Source of the DNA: an uncultured Chitinophagaceae bacterium
GTDB lineage: Bacteria > Bacteroidota > Bacteroidia > Chitinophagales > Chitinophagaceae
DNA length: 64,000 bases
Assembly (NCBI GenBank): GCA_963732885.1
Contig: CAVTBI010000014.1
Span: 130,558 to 194,557, forward strand
Direction: 5' to 3'
Both the position numbers and the translations under genes were made by a program. Below, in pieces: positions 1 through 9,989 of the stretch; position 1 is the first letter of the stretch, and each line of letters begins with the position of its first letter. A model generated the notes under the pieces. It worked only from the letters and a program-made list of their open reading frames with translations. It made no database searches and was not told the DNA's origin.

Positions 1-306
1 CCGCAGAACCTGATTGCAAAAGTGAAGATTCTAAGAGCCTCAGTTAATGATGCCCAAACATTACCCAGGCAATCTGTTTTATCAGACCAAACGCAAACTA
101 TGTATTGGGTAATGAAACTGATAAACGATAGCACTGCGGTAAAAGTGCCGGTAAAAACAGGGATCGAAAAAGGAGATACGATACAAATACTTTCCCCTCA
201 ATTTTCAAATGATGCTAAAATATTATCCGGTGGAAATTATGGCCTTTCGGATACTGCTTCAGTGATTGTTCAGCCTTCTTCTGATACCACAAAAGGCGCG
301 GAATAA
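1..306 (+). CDS. RND efflux periplasmic adaptor (membrane fusion protein), C-terminal part; 5' end lies outside the window
   Basis: VPVKTGIEKGDTIQILSPQF...ILSGGNYGL resembles MFP C-termini; directly upstream of an RND permease. Confidence 0.75.
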   Translation, partial: PQNLIAKVKILRASVNDAQTLPRQSVLSDQTQTMYWVMKLINDSTAVKVPVKTGIEKGDTIQILSPQFSNDAKILSGGNYGLSDTASVIVQPSSDTTKGAE

Positions 307-349
307 GCTGTTTGTATTTTTAGAAAGTTTTAAAAAACTGATTGATTGA

Positions 350-3300
350 ATGAATAATGAAAATGACACTTTAAAAGATTCTAAAGAAACCCCTCCAAAG
401 AGGAAGGAAGGGTATTTTACCAGATATAGAAGCCCGCTCGCTGTGGTCATCGCCGTAATCATTGTGGGTGGTATATTTGCTTATACCAAATTACAAACTT
501 CGCTTTTTCCTGAAATTACTTTTCCGAAAGTAAAGATCATAGCAGATGCGGGATTGCAGCCGGTTGACAGGATGATGGTTACCGTTACGCGGCCGTTAGA
601 ACTCGCTATTAAAAAAATTCCTGACCTGGTAGATATCCGCAGCACCACCAGCAGGGGAAGCTGTGAAATTTCTGCTTACCTGGATTGGAATGTCAATGTA
701 GATCTGAGTATGCAGAGATTGGAATCGCGCATTGCCGAAATAAGAAATACGCTGCCTCCCAATGTGAATATTACAGTTGAGAAAATGAATCCCTCCATTT
801 TGCCGGTAATGGGCTATTCGTTGGAAAGCAATTCTCTTTCGCCAATTGAATTGAAACAGTTGGCGGTTTATACCATTAAACCTTTTTTAAGCCAGGTGGC
901 CGGTGTGTCAGACATTGCCATCATGGGCGGCAAATATGAAGAATTTTGGGTGAAGCTGAATATGCAAAAAATGAGTACGCTTGGTATTACTCCTGATTCT
1001 GTAAACGCGGCACTTAGCAAAACTAATTTTATCAATTCAAATGGATATTTATCTGATTACAGATACCTCTATCTCACATTAACGGATGCTTCAATTGAAT
1101 CTTTGAAGGATTTGCAAAATATGGTGGTAGGCAGTAATGGCAGGCGGGTAGTTCTGCTTAAAGATATTTCAGATATAAAAATGAGGAAGGTGTTCAGTAT
1201 GTGAAGATCAATGCCAATGGAAAAGAAGGGGTATTGATTGCGGTGGTAAAACAGCCCAACAGTAACCTGGTGGATGTTTCTTCTCAAATGAAAGATAAGA
1301 TAGCCCAACTCAAAAATATCCTGCCAAAAGGTGTAACCATAAAGCCCTATTATATCCAGGCAGATTTTGTAAAAACGGTTGTCAGGAGTGTAACAGACAG
1401 TCTTTGGGTCGGGCTATTACTCGCGATTATAGTCGCCATTATTTTTCTTCGTTCTTTTAAAGCAAGCGCTACTATTTTAATCACGATTCCGGTAACGCTG
1501 GGGCTAACACTCATCGTTTTGTACATCGTGGGCTATACTTTAAACATCATGACACTCGGCGCCATAGCGGCTTCCATCGCTTTGATCATTGATGATGCGA
1601 TCGTGGTGATGGAACAAATTCATCGTACGCACGAGGAAAATCCGGACGAAGAATATAAGCATACTGTGCAAAATGCTATTCGTTACTTGTTTCCCGCGAT
1701 GGTGGGGTCTTCTATCAGTACCATCGTTATTTTCCTTCCTTTTATTTTAATGAGCGGCGTGGCAGGCGCGTATTTCAATGTGCTTACCAATACCATGATC
1801 ATTGCACTGGTTTGTTCATTCTTTGTCACCTGGATCTGCTTACCCGTTATCTATCTTCTTTTTTCAGGAAATAAAAAGAAGAAAAAGAAAGAAAAGAAAG
1901 TAGCGAAAGAAGCGAAACCTGAAAAGGTAACACGCCAGGGATGGGTAAAATGGTTTATCCTTCGCCCATGGATCAGTTTTATTTTTGTAGCCGGTTTAAT
2001 AGTTGCTATCATTTTAATATTACCTCGTCTGCAAACAGGTTTTCTTCCCCAGATGGATGAAGGAAGTATTGTGCTTGATTACACTTCTATTCCCGGAACT
2101 TCCCTGGAAGAAACCAACAGGGAATTACAACGCGGTAGATAAAATAATTACCTCAACGCCTGAAGTGAGCTGCTTATTCACGCCGTACCGGAACACAAAT
2201 GGGATTTTTTATTACAGAACCCAACGACGGGGATTATTTAATTCGAATTAAAAACAAAACGGAATAAAAGTACTGACCAGGTAATAGAAGAGATTCGTAA
2301 GCGGATCGAATCATCTCAGCCGGAACTGCGTGTTGATTTCGGGCAGGTGATAGGGGATATGCTGGGTGATTTAATGACTTCTGTGCAGCCTATTGAAATA
2401 AAGATCTTTGGAGATGACCCACAAAAACTTCATGATCTTTCCAAACAGGTAAGTTCTATTGTGGAAAATGTAAAAGGCACTGCTGATGTATTTGATGGAA
2501 TTGTAATTGCCGGGCCGTCTTTAACTGTTATTCCTGATTTTAAGAAAATAGCACAATACGGTATTACGCCTGCCAACCTCCAATTCCAGGTACAAACCGC
2601 GTTGGAAGGAAATGTAGCCGGAAATATTTTTGAAAAAAACAGTGGTGTATCCCATCAGGCTGGTTTATCCCGGAAGCAGAAACAGGACTTTGGAAGAATT
2701 GAAAAACCTAAAAATATTTTTACCTAACGGAAACCTGATGCCTATAAGTGAACTCGCGAAAATTGACATTAAAAGTGGCGCGGCTGAAATTCACAGGGAA
2801 AATCTTCAAACGATAGGAATCGTTTCTGCGCGCCTTGAAAACCGGGACCTTGGCAGTACCATAAAAGATATAAAGAGCCAAGTCGAGTAAAAAAATTCAT
2901 CTTCCCCAGGGATATAGCATTGAGTACGGTGGCGATTATGCCCAGCAGCAAAAATCTTTTTCTGAACTTTTGATGATCCTGATCTCTTCAAGCATTCTTG
3001 TGTTTGGGGTGATACTTTTTTTATTCAGAGATGTAAAACCTGCGATTACTGATTTTAATAATTGCGGTGTTGGGAATTTCCGGAAGTTACCTTGCGTTGT
3101 TTATTACAGGCACTCCTTTGAATGTGGGAAGCTATACCGGCCTTATCATGATCGTAGGAATTATTGGTGAAAACTCGATCTTCACTTTTTTGCAGTTTAA
3201 GGAAACGCTTGCTGATAAAAGTGTGGATGAATCTGTTGTATATGCCATTTCCACACGGCTTCGCCCTAAACTGATGACTGCGCTTGGGGCTATCATTGCC

Positions 3301-3465
3301 CTTATGCCTTTGGCTTTAGGGATCGGCGCCGGCGCTCAGCTTCATCAGCCTTTCGCGATAGCAGTGATCGGTGGCTTTATAATAGCGCTTCCCTTGTTGC
3401 TGATTGTGCTTCCTTCTATGTTGAGGTTGTTGTATAAAAATCGGAAAGGAAAAAGTAATAAGTAA
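350..3465 (+). CDS. CzcA/CusA/AcrB-family RND permease, split by about 7 single-base frameshifts (sequencing error or pseudogene)
   Basis: Successive ORFs 350-1204, 1201-2142, 2347-2727, 2630-2890, 2970-3170 and 3067-3465 join into one ~1040-aa protein with DDAIVVME, GFLPQMDEGS and RLRPKLMTALGAIIALMPLALG motifs. Confidence 0.88.
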
Positions 3466-3474
3466 GATGAGTAA

Positions 3475-3510
3475 TAGTAAACCAACAAATAAGCCCAATT
3501 TTTGTTTTAC
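3475..3510 (+). repeat. Copy of dispersed 36-bp bipartite motif
   Basis: TAGTAAACCAACAAATAAGCCCAATTTTTGTTTTAC; right end overlaps the CHAD-like stop codon. Confidence 0.75.
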
Positions 3511-4505
3511 GAATTAGAACCAGATAGCACAATGTGCTCTAAAATATCTTCACTAAAAAAAGTATTGCTTATATTTTGCGCCTGGTCAAAATCTGTAAAA
3601 TTGTTGGCTGGGTTTCGTTACATAGCGAATAGGCTAAAGAAGCTACATTTTTTTGGGCTTTATAAACATCAGAAATGCTTTGCTCAAGAAGTTCAATTTT
3701 GAGGCCGCTGTCTTTTAATTTCCCCAATTCTGAAATCATCCAGCTCAATGCGAAATAATAATTTTGGTTGAGAAGAATATGATCCTGTAATCCGCTTCCA
3801 TCAGGCATTTTATTGTAAGGCGAATTGATAATTTCAGGTGTAAGGTATTTGTTCAAAAACTCAGGTGGTTCGCCATCGGCTTTTAGTTCCATCAATCCAC
3901 GTAACGCCTGCGGGTAAATACTAAGCCATCTCAATTCGCGTCGTAGTTCATGAACATCTTTTTCAATATCAGTAAATTCTTTTGTTCGGCTCTTGTATTT
4001 TTTAATAATTTTTTCAATTTCATTTTGATAAACTTCTAATACCGCTACCGTATCATTTTTTTCATCAAACCATTCAATGGAATCTAGTTTTTTATAGATC
4101 TTTTTCAAGCGCTTTTTATGTTTGCCAATCCATTTTTCTTTTTGAAGGTGCTTATTGAATTCTTTTATTTTTTTATCCGTCTTTTCTTTTGCATAAAGTG
4201 ATAATTAATTCAGGGATATTTTTATCGTCAGCAAATTCTTTATAAAAGCCATCGTAATAATCGATCTGCCCGAGAAAATCTTCAATGTCTTTAAAAACAT
4301 TATTTATTTTTTTTATTTTTTGATGGGCATGTATTTTTTTATAAATCCTGCTAAATGCTTCCAGCATAAAAAGCGGCGTGCGCATGTCCTTGGAATAAAT
4401 AAAGCTTGCCGGGTCTTCTGTTGATGCGGCTTCTGTTAAGATGTTTTCAACTTTTGCAAGAAAATAAAGGAAGCGGCTTTTGCCAACCGGTACAAACTGG
4501 TCCAT
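3507..4505 (-). CDS. CHAD-domain-like (polyphosphate-binding) protein, 2 frameshifts
   Basis: ORFs 4173-4505 and 3569-4108 plus a C-terminus ending TAA at 3507; motifs FKDIEDFLGQIDYYD, VHELRRELRWLSIY and ISELGKLKD match the CHAD LG..D and H..R..R pattern. Confidence 0.6.
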
Positions 4506-4572
4506 ATGTACAAAAATTTAAAAAATGAGACACTCAATATACACAATAATAAAAAGGAGTATACATTAAATT

Positions 4573-5489
4573 TTATTTTCCACACGCTTTGCAATTGTCT
4601 GTAGTAAATTCAGTTTCAACAGTAATATGCCGGATGTTCATATGCTCAAGCCGGTGCTTAAGCGTATCTTTTATTGAAGTGATTTGGTCACTGCTTTCAT
4701 TGCAATCAACCACCATATGGGCGGTCATCGCGTTTTCTGTGGTGCTCATCGCCCACACATGAATATGATGAAGGTCTATTAATCCCATCAATCTTTTCTG
4801 CGTTCGTTTTATATCGTTGATGTCAATATCTTTTGGAACCGCATCCAGTGTAAGGGCAAGGCTTTCTTTTAATAAAGCCCCATGTGCCGGCCAGAATCAC
4901 CATCACTATAATGATGCTTATCACCGGGTCAATCCAATACAAACCGGTGAAAGTAAATTAAGAGGCCTCCGGCCATAATGCCCACACTTACCAGTCCATC
5001 AGCCAGCATGTGAAGGTAAGCGCCTTTTACATTCAGGTCATGTTTTTGATTTTTCATGAAAAGATAAGCCGTAATGAAATTTACCACAATGCCAATACCG
5101 CCAACGATCGCAATTGTTTTTCCCGGTAAGGGTACAGGATTAGAAAATCGTTGCATCGCTGCATAAGCGATGGCGCCAATGGAAATCAACAGGATAACCC
5201 CGATTAAAAGGGCGGCAAGAATAGTCGTTTTTCGATATCCGTAAGTATATTTGTCATTGGGTTTAATTTTCAACAGACGAAAAGCCAATAATGATAATGC
5301 CAGGCTGCCCACATCTGCAAGGTTGTGGCCAGCGTCTGATAAAAGGGACAAAGAACGAATGGAAAAGCCGATTACAGCTTCAATTACCACAAACAAGCTA
5401 TTGAGAATAATCCCAATCACCAGAGCGGCATTGACATTGGTAAGCCTTTCAAAATGGCCATGGCTATGGTGTGAATGATCGTGCTCCAT
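4573..5489 (-). CDS. Cation diffusion facilitator (CzcD/ZitB-like Zn/Co/Cd exporter), frameshifted
   Basis: His-rich N-terminus MEHDHSHHSHGH; LLSDAGHNLADV, GAYLHMLAD and C-terminal LHHIHVWAMSTTENAMTAH motifs; frameshifts near 4800-4950. Confidence 0.9.
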
Positions 5490-5508
5490 TTTTAATATAA
5501 AGTTGAGG

Positions 5509-5516
5509 CAAAGATA
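5509..5516 (-). promoter_or_regulatory. Bacteroidota -7 promoter box for the CDF gene
   Basis: TATCTTTG on minus strand, 20 nt upstream of the ATG. Confidence 0.6.
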
Positions 5517-5660
5517 TTTAATTAGGTAATTAGCCAATGTGAAAATGAGAAAATTTGATAATAAATAAAAAGCAGGTATGATAGAAATTATTATTTGCCA
5601 AAAAAGGTTTAATTATAATATATTAACTTGCAACCAATTCCTTTATCCAAATCAATTTTT

Positions 5661-6269
5661 ATGAAAATGGCGATGAAATGGGATACACCTGACGGGCACT
5701 CACCCGTAGTTCCTTTTTTCAATTCTGTTTCCCCCATTTCCAAAGGGGCTATCGAAACATTTGACAAACACACGTTCCCGGTTTTCCTGGAAAAGAAAAA
5801 GTTACTTTTAAAACCTGGCGTTATTGCAGATCATTTTTATTTTATATTAAAAGGAGTCATTCATGGGTATATTAAAGAAGAAGGGAAACAAATAACAACA
5901 TGGATAGAGGAGGAAAATGAAATTGTGGGTTCTATACGCACATTAGGAACCACCAAACCATGCGAGGAATACTTACAAGCGTTGGAAGATTGCGAATTAA
6001 TAGCCATACCCATTATTGTCACGGAAGAAGTTTTTGATAAATACCCAGAAACAAATGTGGTTGCGCGCCGTTTATGGGAACACAACTACCGTAGCGCGGA
6101 AGCACGAGCGTACTTAGGCCGCATCCCATCCGCTGAAAAGAAATACAAACAACTCATGAATACTCATCCGAACCTTATTAACCGGGTTTCTTTAAAATAC
6201 CTGGCTTCCTACTTGGGAATGACGGTTGAAACTTTGTGCCGTATCAGGGCACGCCTAAATAAGGGATGA
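5661..6269 (+). CDS. Crp/Fnr-family transcriptional regulator
   Basis: cNMP-binding region (YFILKGVIHGY...LQALEDCEL) and C-terminal HTH LASYLGMTVETLCRIR. Confidence 0.9.
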   Translation: MKMAMKWDTPDGHSPVVPFFNSVSPISKGAIETFDKHTFPVFLEKKKLLLKPGVIADHFYFILKGVIHGYIKEEGKQITTWIEEENEIVGSIRTLGTTKPCEEYLQALEDCELIAIPIIVTEEVFDKYPETNVVARRLWEHNYRSAEARAYLGRIPSAEKKYKQLMNTHPNLINRVSLKYLASYLGMTVETLCRIRARLNKG

Positions 6270-6275
6270 ACTTCT

Positions 6276-6388
6276 TTGTATAAATGTTGATTGCATAGCA
6301 AGTTTGGAGTTTTCCCATAGCCTTGTTTCTATCCACTATTTTAGAAATACAGTGAACAAATAAATTCGGGCGATTTTTGTTTTGGTAA
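6276..6388 (+). repeat. 113-bp direct repeat, copy A (contains first 7 codons of a methyltransferase on the minus strand, its leader and the 36-bp motif at 6350-6385)
   Basis: Manual alignment to 8216-8329: 74/82 columns identical up to CAGTGAA, more divergent in the motif spacer. Confidence 0.9.
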
Positions 6389-6394
6389 AATTAT

Positions 6395-6835
6395 TTAAGC
6401 CTGGAAAGCACCACTTTGAGTAAAATGTTTTGTTGCCATTAAAGAATTTTCTCCAACCATATTTTTCACTTCATCAATATTGATTTGAGAAATGATTTCA
6501 TCAGGAATTAAAATCTCAAATTCAAATTCGGGAAGGTGCAGCCGCACTTTATGGATGCTTCGCAAAGAATCGAAGGCTTTTATAAAATCAAGGGCGATTT
6601 TAGGCATTGCAATTCGCAGGCCGCTGTATTCATTATTTTCATAAATCCCGAAAGGGTAAATATGATGCGCCGTTACAAAAACATCGGGAAAAAGATCTTT
6701 CAATGCAAGGGCTATCGCACAATTATTTCCGATTTTTTCAACGTCATTGTGTGCCCCGCATTCCTGGCTCCTTTCGAGAATTTCTTTTGTTACTTTTATT
6801 TTGAAGTTAAACGCCATGCCTGCATTTTTTTCCAT
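6395..6835 (-). CDS. Hypothetical protein with CG...NNCAIA motif
   Basis: 146-aa ORF with coding-like composition; no family recognised with certainty. Confidence 0.7.
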   Translation of the reverse strand: MEKNAGMAFNFKIKVTKEILERSQECGAHNDVEKIGNNCAIALALKDLFPDVFVTAHHIYPFGIYENNEYSGLRIAMPKIALDFIKAFDSLRSIHKVRLHLPEFEFEILIPDEIISQINIDEVKNMVGENSLMATKHFTQSGAFQA

Positions 6836-6999
6836 TTAAAGGTAAGCGTTTTTTCTAATCTTTCAATTCACAACTTCAGTTTTAAGCGAGGGAAATGTTA
6901 GGTTAATGGATAGTTATAAGTTGCGTTTTTCAATTATTTTGACATGCTATTTGTAGTTTATTTTTTAGATTTTTTTTTTAAATATTAAACACAAATATT

Positions 7000-7515
7000 A
7001 TGAAAACTATATTATTAATGCTGGTATCAATATCATTATCGGTAGGGGTTTCAGCACAACGAAAGGGAGATTCTGATGCACACAATAGAAATTCTGAAGA
7101 AAGAAGTGAATACCATTCACGGGTTTATAATGTTCCTCTTTATTATGGATTGGGGTATAATTACTACCCTTACTATGGCTACTCTAATTTTGGCTATCCA
7201 TATTATGGTTATCCATATTACGGCTATCGATTCTGGAATAGAACTTCCCATAATAGTAACAAGGCAATTCAATATAAATTGTCGTTACAAATAAAAGCGA
7301 TTAAAATGGATTATAAAAACAAAATCAGGCAAGTAAGGCATGATAAAAGTTTAAGCCATTCGCAAAAAAAACAGAAAATACTTTCTTTAAAAACTGAAAG
7401 AAACCAGGGCATAGTTAATGCAGAAAAGGATTTTGTAAACCAGTTGAATATGGGCAATCAAAATCCGGGAACGAAAAGCAATCAGAAACCTGGTAATGGC
7501 AATACCACATCATGA
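7000..7515 (+). CDS. Secreted hypothetical protein with Tyr/Gly/Pro repeats
   Basis: Signal peptide MKTILLMLVSISLSVGVSA-Q; YYGYS-NFGYP-YYGYP-YYGYR pentapeptide repeats; basic helical C-terminus. Confidence 0.75.
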   Translation: MKTILLMLVSISLSVGVSAQRKGDSDAHNRNSEERSEYHSRVYNVPLYYGLGYNYYPYYGYSNFGYPYYGYPYYGYRFWNRTSHNSNKAIQYKLSLQIKAIKMDYKNKIRQVRHDKSLSHSQKKQKILSLKTERNQGIVNAEKDFVNQLNMGNQNPGTKSNQKPGNGNTTS

Positions 7516-7568
7516 ATGATTCATTATAATGAATGACTTAAAATAGAACCGTAAGAGAATTTCCAACG

Positions 7569-7602
7569 AAAAATAGCCGGACCAGAAGTGCGGCTATTTT
7601 TT
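7569..7602. terminator. Bidirectional intrinsic terminator between convergent genes
   Basis: AAAAATAGCCG-11 nt-CGGCTATTTTT. Confidence 0.8.
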
Positions 7603-7633
7603 ATAATTTAGTATCCGGTTTCAGAAAACGCCA

Positions 7634-8236
7634 TTAGTTTTTCATTAAAACCAACGTACTCATACAACGGATATTATTAACGTTTACTATTTTTAAAGGC
7701 TCTATAAAAGATAAATTATTCTCTTGCATGGCTTTGTCAAGAAGGGTAGGTGTTAAAAGGAACCTAACTGTTCCATCGGGAATATGATAAACGCCGTCTT
7801 CAATTAATTTCACCTTGTCTTCCATTCCTATAGTTGATGCCATTCTTATAAATAAAGAACCTTTTGGTTTTAAAACACGTACCAATTCTTTTACCATTTT
7901 ATAAAAATGTGGAGTAGATTCTGCAAAATGCAGAACAGCGCTGCTTATTACATGGCCGAAAAAATTATCTTCAAAAGGAAGCTGATCGGTTTCAGCTACC
8001 TGGAATCTTTCTGCCTTAAAATCCGGATGAACGGATTTTAAATAATTGACAGGAGTTTCATCTTTATCAATTCCATAAATATCAATTTCGTTTTTTAAAA
8101 ACCAAAATAGATTCTTTCCGCCACCACAACCGGCATCTAAGATTTTGTCAGTTGGTTTGTACCTGCCTTTCATGATTTGGTCAAGCAAATAAATGTCAGT
8201 GCTTCCAATTAGTTCTTGTATAGATGTTGATTGCAT
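7634..8236 (-). CDS. Class I SAM-dependent methyltransferase
   Basis: Motif I ILDAGCGGGKN; LPFEDNFF; RVLKPKG. Confidence 0.9.
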   Translation of the reverse strand: MQSTSIQELIGSTDIYLLDQIMKGRYKPTDKILDAGCGGGKNLFWFLKNEIDIYGIDKDETPVNYLKSVHPDFKAERFQVAETDQLPFEDNFFGHVISSAVLHFAESTPHFYKMVKELVRVLKPKGSLFIRMASTIGMEDKVKLIEDGVYHIPDGTVRFLLTPTLLDKAMQENNLSFIEPLKIVNVNNIRCMSTLVLMKN

Positions 8237-8329
8237 AGCAAGTTTTATATTTTCCCATTAGCCTTGTCTCTATCCACTATTTTAAAAATACAGTGAATAA
8301 AGGACTTCAGCAGATTTTTATTTCGGTAA
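8216..8329 (+). repeat. 113-bp direct repeat, copy B (36-bp motif at 8291-8326)
   Basis: See copy A; overlaps the start of the intact methyltransferase. Confidence 0.9.
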
Positions 8330-8407
8330 TGGCAATCGTTTTTTTATACACTCAACAAACACCGGGAGAGCGCTTGCTGAGAAAGGAAGGATTTAGGCGC
8401 ACTGATT

Positions 8408-9844
8408 TTATTTTGGTAAAATAGTAACTATTATTCTTTTATACCTTGATAAGTGGGGTTTTCCATTGTCTGTAACTTTCAAAATAAAATGAGCAGTTTC
8501 CTTTTTTTCAACCTCAGGAGCGATTATCCAAACACTGGGTTCATTTTCAGGGGAAGCAAGATTTATCAACTTTTGGTAAGTGCCTGCTTCGGGATAATTG
8601 AACCACAAATAGTTAAGATGATCTCCATCTGGATCTGTAGTGCCTACAGCACTTAAACTAAAACGCTGCCCCGATTTTACCGTAATTTCTTCGGGATTAT
8701 CCAAAACCACAACGGGAGGATGGTTGCATTCGCCATAGCTTTTTGTACACCACTCCATACGCGCAGCAAAGTCATTTTGAAAATCATCCCTCCACCGCCA
8801 CAAGGTTACTTTATTATCTTTAAAAGTAACGGTGTCTAATTTCACGCTACGCCCATAATCACCCGGGATAAAAGGCGTATAACTATCTACTGCATTGGCC
8901 CAGATTTTCCTTGTTTCAGGTTCAAATGGCACACCAGAATTACCTTTCTTTTGCTTTGAAAAATCGGGCTTGTACAATTCATACCTGCCACCCCATCCGC
9001 CCCAGTTGGGATGCTCCGGGTTATTCAGCCCATTTGGAATTAATGATAACCATGACGGAGTGTCCCCTTCCATTCCATAGGCAACATCGGGATATACGGC
9101 ACCAGAGAGGCCATGGCCTTGCTGAATATTATGCGCCAGCCAGGTATTACTAATTTCTTCGTTATTGATGCCTTTCACAAAACTAGTGATGGCAACCCAT
9201 GTTGCGCTGGCATAATCATCGCCCGGGCTAACTACGTAAAACAAACCAGGAAAATTATTTCTAATCCAAATGCCGCTGTCGTCCTGGTCGGATATAGAAT
9301 AAACCCTAAGTTTTGCAATTAATCTTTTTGCTTCAGCTTCTGTTTTTGTATTTTTTATTTTATACAATGCCTGGGCAAGCGTATTGGTTCCTCCCCATAC
9401 AGCTATGTACAGCGGGCGTTTATCATTTTCTTCAAGAACTTTTATTATCCAGTCAGATCCTTCTGAATCCTCACCCACGCCAACTCCCTGCATTCCATAC
9501 TTCGCCGGGCCTTGTTTAACCAGTGATAAAAGTGTTTTTAAATCAGGAAAGCCAGGCTCATTTTTATTGAGGTTGGGTTGTACTTTTCCATAAGCCCAGA
9601 TAACTCTTTTTATAGATTCAGGAGCAGTTTTTGTTTTTTGCCAAACCGATGTAGTAGCTATTAATCCTTTTATATCAATTTCATTGGAGTATAAAAAGAG
9701 CCGGACAAACGACTGTGTATCGTCAGGGTCTGCTCCAATATCTGACAAAATAATTACTCTATGTTTTTGATTTCCCTGTGCAAAAAGGGAAGGGGAAAAG
9801 TGCGTTAAAGAAAATAGCAGAAAAAAGAAAAAAAATACTCTCAT
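8408..9844 (-). CDS. Secreted DUF1593 / nucleoside-hydrolase-like protein with C-terminal Ig-like domain
   Basis: Signal peptide; SDIGADPDDTQSFVRLFLYSNE, WGGTNT, MEGDTPS, WGGWGGRY and NHPPVV motifs. Confidence 0.85.
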   Translation of the reverse strand: MRVFFFFFLLFSLTHFSPSLFAQGNQKHRVIILSDIGADPDDTQSFVRLFLYSNEIDIKGLIATTSVWQKTKTAPESIKRVIWAYGKVQPNLNKNEPGFPDLKTLLSLVKQGPAKYGMQGVGVGEDSEGSDWIIKVLEENDKRPLYIAVWGGTNTLAQALYKIKNTKTEAEAKRLIAKLRVYSISDQDDSGIWIRNNFPGLFYVVSPGDDYASATWVAITSFVKGINNEEISNTWLAHNIQQGHGLSGAVYPDVAYGMEGDTPSWLSLIPNGLNNPEHPNWGGWGGRYELYKPDFSKQKKGNSGVPFEPETRKIWANAVDSYTPFIPGDYGRSVKLDTVTFKDNKVTLWRWRDDFQNDFAARMEWCTKSYGECNHPPVVVLDNPEEITVKSGQRFSLSAVGTTDPDGDHLNYLWFNYPEAGTYQKLINLASPENEPSVWIIAPEVEKKETAHFILKVTDNGKPHLSRYKRIIVTILPK

Positions 9845-9905
9845 AATTACGTTATTGATTCTTAATTGTGGCCTGTTAATTTAAATTTTTGAACGATGCG
9901 GTTCT

Positions 9906-9967
9906 TATTCCCATTTCATTATTTTAAAAATACAGTAAACCAATAAATTTTGAAGATTTTATTTTAG
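9906..9967 (+). repeat. Third, internally deleted copy of the direct repeat, ending in the 36-bp motif (9933-9967)
   Basis: TTCCCAT..TATTTTAAAAATACAGTAAACCAATAAATTTTGAAGATTTTATTTTAG shares TTCCCAT and TATTTTAAAAATACAGT with copy B. Confidence 0.7.
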
Positions 9968-9989
9968 CTATTTCAGAAGAGAGCCGGGT

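Noticed and set aside
350-5489. Programmed frameshifting or alternative genetic code
   Set aside because: Breaks are in mixed directions and unrelated contexts, mostly homopolymers; housekeeping genes end normally on TAA, TAG and TGA.
3475-9967. Four ~36-bp motif copies as a CRISPR array
   Set aside because: Spacing is kilobases with whole genes between copies, the copies are too divergent, and there are no cas genes.
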